Source of the DNA: Acidobacteriota bacterium
Lineage (GTDB): Bacteria > Acidobacteriota > Thermoanaerobaculia > Multivoradales > UBA5704
Reading direction: 5' to 3'
Assembly (NCBI GenBank): GCA_040005235.1
Contig: JBDTZG010000015.1
Span: forward strand, 39,821 to 103,820
Length of the DNA: 64,000 nt
A program made the position numbers and the translations under genes. Position 1 is the first letter of the stretch, and each line of letters begins with the position of its first letter. Under the pieces are notes generated by a model. That model worked only from the letters and a program-made list of their open reading frames with translations, made no database searches and was not told the origin of the DNA. Shown piece by piece: positions 27,971 through 35,145 of this stretch.

Positions 27971-28669
27971 GTGACCATCAGCCAGAAAGAGCGGATCTCC
28001 GCCTCCTCGGCGGCCGCGTTTCCAACCGAGTCCGCCACCGACCTCGAAGCGCTCGAACGGATCGCTCCGGCGCTCGCTCACGACCTCCGGGGGCCCATCA
28101 ATACGATGAACTTTCAATTGGAGCTGCTCGGCGACGTGCTCGGCGCCCGCTTGGCGACCGACCCTTCGGCCGAACGTCCGTTGCGCTACGCCCGCGGTTT
28201 AAAGAGCGAGCTGACGCGGCTTCATCGCGGCCTCGAAGCGCTGTTCGCCCAGATCTCCCGCACCTCGACCGACGTCTGGGATGCCACCGAGACCGTCGCC
28301 GACCTAGCCCTGCTGCTCGAAGCCGCCGCCCGGAAAGGACGCATCGGGCTGGTGGTCGACCTGCCCGACCTGCCGCTATCCGCTACCGGCGACCGGCCAA
28401 CGTTTCGCCGGGTGGCGCTCGGGCTCGCGCTCGAAATCCTCGATCGCCTGGAACCTGGAGGATCGCTGGAGATCCACCTCGTCGCCACCCCGCAAGGAGG
28501 GCCACAGCTGGAGTTGGCGGGCTCGGCTCCGCTCGCGCCGCAGATCGAGCATCGCTTGACCGCCGCCCGCACGAGGCTTGCCGCCGCCGGTTTCGACTTG
28601 GCAAGGCTCGGCAGCGACGATCGTCCGCGGCTCGCGATCACCCCCACCTTGGACGTTTCGGAGGTCTGA
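27971..28669 (+). CDS. Histidine-kinase-like protein (HisKA helix plus degenerate HATPase)
   Basis: LAHDLRGPIN H-box; no recognisable N, G1 or G2 boxes; 3 nt upstream of a response regulator. Confidence 0.6.
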   Translation: MTISQKERISASSAAAFPTESATDLEALERIAPALAHDLRGPINTMNFQLELLGDVLGARLATDPSAERPLRYARGLKSELTRLHRGLEALFAQISRTSTDVWDATETVADLALLLEAAARKGRIGLVVDLPDLPLSATGDRPTFRRVALGLALEILDRLEPGGSLEIHLVATPQGGPQLELAGSAPLAPQIEHRLTAARTRLAAAGFDLARLGSDDRPRLAITPTLDVSEV

Positions 28670-28672
28670 CGC

Positions 28673-30007
28673 ATGCCCCACGCGCTTGCCGTCGACGACG
28701 ATCCGAACTTTCTCCTGGCGCTCGCCGAGCTGATCGAAGGCCAAGGCTTCACCGTCAATACCGCCACCACCTTGCGCGACGCCCGCCAGCGGCTCAGCCG
28801 GCAGACGCCGGACATCGTGCTGGTCGACCTCTATCTGCCGGACGGCAACGGCATCGAGCTGCTCAAGGATTTCGATCCAGTGCGGCCGACCCAGGTCGTC
28901 CTGATGACCGGCCATGCCGACCTCGAAAGCGCGGTCCAGGCGCTGCGCCTGGGCGCGAGCGACTACCTGACCAAACCCCTCGACATCGGCCGCCTGAAGA
29001 GCATCCTCGGCAAGGTCGCGACCGAGAGCCCCGAGGAGCGGCCGGCGGCGATCGAAATTCCCTTCGTCGAAGTCGGCCGGTTCGGTCTGCTGATCGGCCA
29101 ATCGACGGCGATGCAGGAGGTCTACTCCCTGCTCGCACGGGTGGCACCCACCGAGGCGACGGTCTTTGTGATCGGCGAGAGCGGCACCGGCAAGGACCTC
29201 GCGGCCCAGACCCTTCACATGCTCTCCGCGCGCGCCCGTGGTCCGTTTCTGCCGCTCAACTGCGGCGCGATCTCTCCCTCGCTGATCGAGAGCGAGCTGT
29301 TCGGCCACGAGCGTGGCAGCTTCACCGGCGCCCAACGCCGGCACCAAGGCTATTTCGAGCGCGCCCACGGCGGGACCCTGTTCCTCGACGAGATCACCGA
29401 AATGCCGATCGAGCTGCAGGTGAAACTCCTGCGCGTGCTCGAAACCGGGCAGGTGACGCGGGTCGGCGGCGACCAGCCGACCGACGTCGACGTCCGCGTG
29501 ATCACCGCGACCAACCGCGATCCGGCCTCCGCCGTCGTCCAGGGGAAGCTGCGCGAGGATCTCCTCTACCGGCTCCAGGTGTTCCCCGTCGTCATGCCTC
29601 CGTTGCGCGAACGGGGCGAAGACGTGGAACGGCTCGCCGAGCATTTCCTCTGCGAGCTGAACGAGCGGAGCGGAACGCCGAAGGCCTACACCGAGGACGC
29701 GCTCGAACGTTTGCGCGGGCACCCCTGGCCGGGCAACGTCCGCGAGCTGAAGAACGTGATCCACCGGGCCTACATCCTGGCCGACGCCAAGATCGAGCCG
29801 CGCCACCTGCCCCACGCCCTGGCCCCCGAAGCAATCCCGACGCGGGCGCTCCATTTCGAAGTCGGCGCCTCGATCGAAGAGGTGGAACGGCGGCTGATCA
29901 TCGCAACTCTCGATCTGCACGACGGCAACAAGAGAAAGACCGCGGACGTCCTGGGGGTGAGCCTGAAGACGCTCTACAACCGGTTGAACGCCTACCGGAT
30001 GGTATAA
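28673..30007 (+). CDS. Sigma-54-dependent response regulator (NtrC/AtoC family)
   Basis: REC domain, GESGTGKD, ESELFGHERGSFTGA, LFLDEI, WPGNVREL, Fis-type HTH. Confidence 0.95.
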   Translation: MPHALAVDDDPNFLLALAELIEGQGFTVNTATTLRDARQRLSRQTPDIVLVDLYLPDGNGIELLKDFDPVRPTQVVLMTGHADLESAVQALRLGASDYLTKPLDIGRLKSILGKVATESPEERPAAIEIPFVEVGRFGLLIGQSTAMQEVYSLLARVAPTEATVFVIGESGTGKDLAAQTLHMLSARARGPFLPLNCGAISPSLIESELFGHERGSFTGAQRRHQGYFERAHGGTLFLDEITEMPIELQVKLLRVLETGQVTRVGGDQPTDVDVRVITATNRDPASAVVQGKLREDLLYRLQVFPVVMPPLRERGEDVERLAEHFLCELNERSGTPKAYTEDALERLRGHPWPGNVRELKNVIHRAYILADAKIEPRHLPHALAPEAIPTRALHFEVGASIEEVERRLIIATLDLHDGNKRKTADVLGVSLKTLYNRLNAYRMV

Positions 30008-30022
30008 GGGAACGCCCGTTTT

Positions 30023-30051
30023 TTGACACGCCCGGCCTCCGCAACTAGGAT
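30023..30051 (+). promoter_or_regulatory. Sigma-70 promoter for tRNA-His/hisS/hutH
   Basis: TTGACA-N17-TAGGAT. Confidence 0.75.
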
Positions 30052-30062
30052 TCGCGGGCTGC

Positions 30063-30137
30063 GCCGGTGTAGCTCAGTGGTAGAGCGCCTGACTGTGGAT
30101 CAGGAGGTCATGGGTTCGACCCCCATCGCCGGTGCCA
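30063..30137 (+). tRNA. tRNA-His (GUG) with atypical acceptor identity elements
   Basis: Cloverleaf: acceptor GCCGGTG/CGCCGGT, D arm GCTC/GAGC, anticodon stem CCTGA/TCAGG with GTG at 30095-30097, T arm ATGGG-TTCGACC-CCCAT, encoded CCA. Confidence 0.96.
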
Positions 30138-30172
30138 TATTTCTCCCCTCCGATCCATAGGAAGACCTCGCG

Positions 30173-31630
30173 ATGGCCGAAAACCCGGAGCCCCTGGCAT
30201 CCCAGGCATTCGTCGAACCACGTCTTTCGCGCGGCCTGCGGGACCTCCTGCCCGAGCAGATGCTCGCGCGCCAGAAGGTGATCGACACGGCGCGCGGGGT
30301 CTATGAGCTGTACGGCTTCGTGCCTCTGTCCACCCCCGCGATCGAGTACCTCGATGTTCTGCGCGGCTCGGCGGCGGGCCAGGAGGCGACGCAGTCGATC
30401 TTTCGGGTCAACAGCCCGGAGGAGGAGGCGCTCGGACTGCGATTCGACCTCACCGTGCCGCTCGCCCGCGTCGTCGCCCAATACGTTGATCTGCCGCGGC
30501 CGTTTCGGCGCTATCAGGTGTCGCCGGTCTTTCGCGCCGACAAACCCGGTCCTGGCCGCTTCCGCGAATTCACCCAGTTCGACCTCGACTCGGTGGGCAC
30601 CGAATCGGAAATCGCCGACACCGAGATCATCGCCGGCATGTGCGACACGCTCAAGGCGCTCGAGGTCGGGCCTTTTCGGGTCCGCTTCTCCAGCCGGAGG
30701 ATCTTGAACCTCCTGCTGCGCCACTCCGATGTGTCCGAAGCCCAAGGGGTCGACGTCCTGCGGGTGCTCGACAAGCTCGAAAAGATCGGCATCGAGAAGC
30801 TGCGTAAAGAGCTGACCGTCGGCTACTACGACGAATCGGGAGATTTTATCCGCGGCCTCGGCCTCGTCGCGGGTCAGGTCGAGCGGATCGAACGCTTCCT
30901 CGCGATCCGCGGCGAGGACCGCCGGGCGGTGCTCACCCAGCTGCGCGAGTATTTCGCGGGCGCGGAAGATGCCGCGCCCGAGCTTGATCTGGTCGAACGG
31001 ATCTCCAATCACCTGTACAGCTTGGGCTACGCCGAGGACCAGGCGGAGCTGGATTTGAGCATAGCCCGCGGCCTCGCGTATTACACCGGCCCGGTGTTCG
31101 AGGGGGTTCTGCTCGACGCGCCGCAGTTCGGCTCGGTGTTCGGCGGCGGCCGCTACGACGACCTGGTGATGCGTTTCCGCGGCGAACGGATTCCCGCGAC
31201 CGGCGCCTCGCTCGGAGTAGACCGCCTGCTTGCAGCGCTCGCCCATCTGGGGCTCGCCGGGGGCAGGAAGTCGACCTCGCAAGTGCTGGTCGCCCGGATC
31301 GATCCGGCGCTCGAAACCCAGGCCCTCGCGATGACCTATGAGCTGCGGCGCGCGGGGATTCCCGCTGAGCTCTATCTGGGGACCGAGAAATCGATCGGCA
31401 AGCAGATCAAGTACGCCGACGGAACCGGCATCCCGATCGTCCTGCTCTACGGCTCGAACGAGCACGAGCGCGGCGTTCTGACGCTCAAGGACATGGAAGC
31501 CGGCCGCGAGCGCGCCAAGAAGCTCGGGGATCGCCGCGAATGGCTGGCCGCGCGGCCGGGCCAGCGCGAGGTGCCGCGCATCGACCTGATCCCGGAAGTC
31601 CGGCGCATGCTCGACGCCGCGGAGGGATAA
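30173..31630 (+). CDS. hisS: Histidyl-tRNA synthetase (divergent, PGPG motif-2 loop type)
   Basis: LRFDLTVPLAR, FRADKPGPGRFREFTQFDLD, RGLAYYTG, GGGRYD, anticodon-binding domain. Confidence 0.96.
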   Translation: MAENPEPLASQAFVEPRLSRGLRDLLPEQMLARQKVIDTARGVYELYGFVPLSTPAIEYLDVLRGSAAGQEATQSIFRVNSPEEEALGLRFDLTVPLARVVAQYVDLPRPFRRYQVSPVFRADKPGPGRFREFTQFDLDSVGTESEIADTEIIAGMCDTLKALEVGPFRVRFSSRRILNLLLRHSDVSEAQGVDVLRVLDKLEKIGIEKLRKELTVGYYDESGDFIRGLGLVAGQVERIERFLAIRGEDRRAVLTQLREYFAGAEDAAPELDLVERISNHLYSLGYAEDQAELDLSIARGLAYYTGPVFEGVLLDAPQFGSVFGGGRYDDLVMRFRGERIPATGASLGVDRLLAALAHLGLAGGRKSTSQVLVARIDPALETQALAMTYELRRAGIPAELYLGTEKSIGKQIKYADGTGIPIVLLYGSNEHERGVLTLKDMEAGRERAKKLGDRREWLAARPGQREVPRIDLIPEVRRMLDAAEG

Positions 31631-31634
31631 TCCG

Positions 31635-33497
31635 GTGAGCGAAAGCACGATCACCCTCGACGGATCGAGCCTGACGCTTGCCGACCTTGCACGGATCGCG
31701 CGCGATCCCTCGGTCGCGGTCGAGTGCGCTCCGGAAGCGCTCGGCCGGGTCGAACGCGGCTGGAAGCGAATCGAACAGATCGCCGACGCTTACACCCAGG
31801 CCTATCGTCGCCTGGAGCGCGGCGAGGAGGGTGATCCGCCGGTCCTCGATTATGGGGTGACGACCGGGTTCGGCGAGTTCAAGAACATCCCGATCGCGCC
31901 GGAGCAACTGGAGCTGCTGCAACGGAACATCCTGCTCTCGCACGCCGTGGGCGTGGGCGAAAACGCCGATTCGAACGATCCGGCGAACTACTTTCCCCCC
32001 GAGGTCGTGCGCGCCGCGCTGGCGATCCGGCTGAACGCCTTCCTCAAGGGGCATTCCGGCGTGCGCCTGGAGCTGGCCGAGGTGGTCCGGCGGATGCTCG
32101 TCCGCGGCATCGTGCCGAGGGTTCCCCTCCGCGGCTCGGTCGGTTCGAGCGGCGACCTCTGCCCGCTCGCCCACCTGTTCGTGGTGCTGCTCGGCGAGGG
32201 GGACTACTACGTCGTCCGCACGGCCGACGATCTCAAAAGCCATCCGCGCACCATTCGCCGCGGCCTCCTCGACCTGGCCGACGACCTCGCCTATGCAGGA
32301 GCAAGCGCGCCCTGGCCCTTGCCCGGGGTGAGCTTCAAAGAAGGGCTAGCGCTCACCAACGGCGCCACCTTTTCGGCGGCGATGCTGGCGCTTAGCGTTC
32401 ACGACGGCGAAATCGCCGCGGACTGCGCCGACCTCGCCGCCGCGCTTTCTCTGGAGGCGGTCTGCGGTTGCGCGCGGGCGCTCGATCCGAAAGTCCATGA
32501 AATGCGCGGCCATCGCGGCGCGATCGCGAGCGCCGAGCGCCTGCGCGCACTGCTTGCCGGTAGCAGGCTGCTCGATGGAGCGGGCGCCGTGCAGGACGTC
32601 TACTCGCTGCGTTGCGCGCCCCAGGTCCACGGCGCTGCCCGCGATGCCCTGGCCTACGCGCGGGCGGTCGCCGAGCAGGAGATCAACGCCGCGACCGACA
32701 ACCCGCTGTTCTTCCCCGAGGCCGAAAGCGACCCGTGGGATTGGCAGTTCCGGGACAATTGGCCCAAGGGCTACGACGGCACCCTGCGCGCCTCGTTTTC
32801 CGCCGGCAACTTCCACGGCGAGCCGATCGGCTTTGCGGCCGACTTCCTGGCAATCGGCCTCGCCGAGTTGGCGAACATCTCCGAGCGTCGGACGCAGATG
32901 CTGCTCGACGGCCACCACAGCCGCGGTCTGCCGCCGAACCTCATCCCCTGGGCCGGGGTGAACTCCGGGCTGATGATCGCCCAGTACTCGGCCGCCGGGA
33001 TCGTCTCGGAAAACAAGGTCCTGGCCCATCCGGCGTCGGTCGACTCGATCCCGACCTCGGCCAACAGCGAGGACCACAACGCGATGGCGACGTTTGCCGC
33101 CCGGAAGCTGCGCACAGTGCTCGGCAATGTCCAGGCGGTGCTCGCGATCGAGCTCTTGGTGGCGGCCCAGGCGGTCGAGTGGCGCACGCTACTCAAAAGC
33201 GGCGGCGGAAAGCTCGCCGAATCGGCCGAACGGGGCGAAGACCCTGGAAGCCTGATCCGCGCCGCGCAAGAAAAAGGCAGCGCCTACGACGCCCAACTGG
33301 CCGAATTCACGGCCTGGACCGGCAGCGAACGGCAACCGGACATCGCGGGCCGGCTGGGCGCGGGGACCCGTGGGGCCTATCTTGCGATCCGCCGGGCGGC
33401 ACCGACGATGCTCGCGGATCGGCTCCTGGATCGGGACGTGAGGGCGGTGCGCGGGCTGGTCGAAAGCGGCGGGCTCGGGAGCCTTTTGACACCATGA
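31635..33497 (+). CDS. hutH: Histidine ammonia-lyase (MIO enzyme)
   Basis: YGVTTGFG, LLSHAVG (HAL-type SH), GSVGSSGDL MIO triad, KEGLALTNG, VQDVYSLRC, GNFHG, SEDH. Confidence 0.85.
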   Translation: MSESTITLDGSSLTLADLARIARDPSVAVECAPEALGRVERGWKRIEQIADAYTQAYRRLERGEEGDPPVLDYGVTTGFGEFKNIPIAPEQLELLQRNILLSHAVGVGENADSNDPANYFPPEVVRAALAIRLNAFLKGHSGVRLELAEVVRRMLVRGIVPRVPLRGSVGSSGDLCPLAHLFVVLLGEGDYYVVRTADDLKSHPRTIRRGLLDLADDLAYAGASAPWPLPGVSFKEGLALTNGATFSAAMLALSVHDGEIAADCADLAAALSLEAVCGCARALDPKVHEMRGHRGAIASAERLRALLAGSRLLDGAGAVQDVYSLRCAPQVHGAARDALAYARAVAEQEINAATDNPLFFPEAESDPWDWQFRDNWPKGYDGTLRASFSAGNFHGEPIGFAADFLAIGLAELANISERRTQMLLDGHHSRGLPPNLIPWAGVNSGLMIAQYSAAGIVSENKVLAHPASVDSIPTSANSEDHNAMATFAARKLRTVLGNVQAVLAIELLVAAQAVEWRTLLKSGGGKLAESAERGEDPGSLIRAAQEKGSAYDAQLAEFTAWTGSERQPDIAGRLGAGTRGAYLAIRRAAPTMLADRLLDRDVRAVRGLVESGGLGSLLTP

Positions 33498-33517
33498 GCT
33501 TAGGCCGGAACCGCCCC

Positions 33518-33545
33518 TTGAAATCGCCCTGGAAAGCTGTATACT
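33518..33545 (+). promoter_or_regulatory. Sigma-70-like promoter preceding a ~220-nt leader
   Basis: TTGAAA-N16-TATACT. Confidence 0.55.
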
Positions 33546-33770
33546 TCCGGGCCATTCAACACCCCCCGGATCCCGACAACCAGATTTGCGCGTTGCGAGT
33601 CTCCGGGCGGGGTGAGTGTACGAAGAGGCGAAAGCCGAACAAATGCACCACCTGTCGACCCAACTATCGTTCGGCGGCTCGATTCCGCTGAGCTTTTACC
33701 CGAACCGTGCGAGGGCCCGGGCTGGACCGGGTTCTCGTTCTGTCCTTAAATCCATAAAGGGAGAAGACCA

Positions 33771-33974
33771 ATGAAGAAGGCTCTGATTTCTCTGTCCTTG
33801 CTGTTCGTCCTGGCTGCACTCGTCACCCCGATGGTCGGTTGCGCCAAGAAGGAAGAGCCGGCGGAGACCGCCGTCGAAACGACCACCGAGACCAGCGGCA
33901 CCGAGATGACGTCCGAGATGCCGATGGGCACCGAGATGACCTCCGAAGCCGCCCCGATGACCACCGGCAAGTAA
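33771..33974 (+). CDS. Small Thr/Glu/Met-rich lipoprotein
   Basis: Signal peptide ending MVGC; RBS AAGGGAG; GTEMTSE repeats; followed by a terminator. Confidence 0.8.
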   Translation: MKKALISLSLLFVLAALVTPMVGCAKKEEPAETAVETTTETSGTEMTSEMPMGTEMTSEAAPMTTGK

Positions 33975-34006
33975 GCTTTCAAGCTTCGCAAGAAGCGTGC
34001 GGAACG

Positions 34007-34036
34007 AACGGGCGCCTCCTCGGAGGCGCCCGTTTT
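34007..34036 (+). terminator. Intrinsic terminator
   Basis: AACGGGCGCCTCC-TC-GGAGGCGCCCGTT followed by TT. Confidence 0.8.
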
Positions 34037-34100
34037 ACGTTTGGGGCGAACGAACCGCGGCGGCGAGGACTCCGGCGGTCCCACGGAGAGCAGGGCGCGA

Positions 34101-35132
34101 TTACCCCAAAGCGGCGAAGGCGGCGCGGACTTCCGCCAGGCGCTCGTCCCAAGGGGCCGGGGATTCAGTCGAGGCACGTAAAGCGCTTATTCGGTTGCGG
34201 TAGCGCTCGACGCGGTTGTGGGCTTCGGTTTGGCGGGCTTCGAGCGCCGGATCTGCGAGGCGTTCGGCGATCGCGGGCAGGGCTTCGAGATCGCGGCAGA
34301 CCGGAAGAACGTCGCAGCCGGCAGCGAACGCCGCCGCCGTGCGCTCGGGGAGATCGCCCCAGGGGCTAAGCGCCTTCATTTCCAGATCGTCGCAGACCGC
34401 GAGGACGTTGCTTCCCAGGCGGCGGCGGAGCAGGCGGTGGGTGCAGGGCGACAGGGTCGCCGGAAGCTCTTTCGCGTCATAGGCCGGGTAGGTCGCGTGG
34501 GAGATCATCACCGCTCCCGCAAAGACGCCCAGAGCGTCAAAGGGCGCGAGGTCGTCTTCCAGCTCTTCGCGCGTGAGGCGGACGATCGAGCCTTCGTTGT
34601 GTGTGTCCTCCCCCGCTCCGCCGAGTCCGGGGTAGTGCTTGAGGCAGCCGCCGATGCCGGTCATGTGCAGTCCGGCGAGGAACGCGCGGGCGCGGGCCAC
34701 CACCTCTTCGGGGCGGCTGCCGAAACAGCGATCGTCGAGCGCATTTCCTTTCCGCCCCCGATCGAGATCGACCACCGGGGCGAAATCGACATCGAGATCG
34801 AATAGGCGGAGCGCCTGACCGACCGCTCGGCCGGCGGCGATCGAAGCGCTCGGCAATCGGGTGGCGAGGTGCGATGCCGCGGGCGCCGGGGCGACGACGT
34901 GGCGTAGGCGGTCGACCCGGCCTCCTTCGGCGTCGATCGCGAGGATCGCGCGCGGCAACACCCCTCGAATGGCCTGCACCAGATCGAACAACTGCACGGG
35001 TTCCACACAATTACGGCCGAACAGCACGACCCCGCCGGGCTGATGCGCCTCAAGCAGAGCGGCGCTTTCGCCCTCCAGCTCCGGGCCGGGCAGGCCGACC
35101 CAGACGGGCTCGGCGGGGCTCGTCCGGTTCAT
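34101..35132 (-). CDS. nagZ: Beta-N-acetylhexosaminidase (GH3)
   Basis: GGVVLFGRN, IDAEGGRVDRL, FAPVVDL, KHYPGLG...DTH, CDDLEMKA. Confidence 0.9.
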   Translation of the reverse strand: MNRTSPAEPVWVGLPGPELEGESAALLEAHQPGGVVLFGRNCVEPVQLFDLVQAIRGVLPRAILAIDAEGGRVDRLRHVVAPAPAASHLATRLPSASIAAGRAVGQALRLFDLDVDFAPVVDLDRGRKGNALDDRCFGSRPEEVVARARAFLAGLHMTGIGGCLKHYPGLGGAGEDTHNEGSIVRLTREELEDDLAPFDALGVFAGAVMISHATYPAYDAKELPATLSPCTHRLLRRRLGSNVLAVCDDLEMKALSPWGDLPERTAAAFAAGCDVLPVCRDLEALPAIAERLADPALEARQTEAHNRVERYRNRISALRASTESPAPWDERLAEVRAAFAALG

Positions 35133-35145
35133 GAAATGAGACCGC

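Noticed and set aside
28673-30007. GSFTGA instead of GAFTGA in the sigma-54 activator
   Set aside because: A common natural variant, not evidence of novelty.
26767-30048. Very long alternative-frame and antisense ORFs (for example 1093 aa here, 9462-12227, 4426-6426)
   Set aside because: Arg/Pro/Ala-rich shadows of real genes, expected in high-GC DNA; no domain motifs.
33560-33720. c-di-AMP (ydaO) or c-di-GMP riboswitch call for the leader
   Set aside because: Only scattered short matches (GGGGTGA, CCCGAACC); the core consensus is absent, so it is left as an unknown structured RNA.
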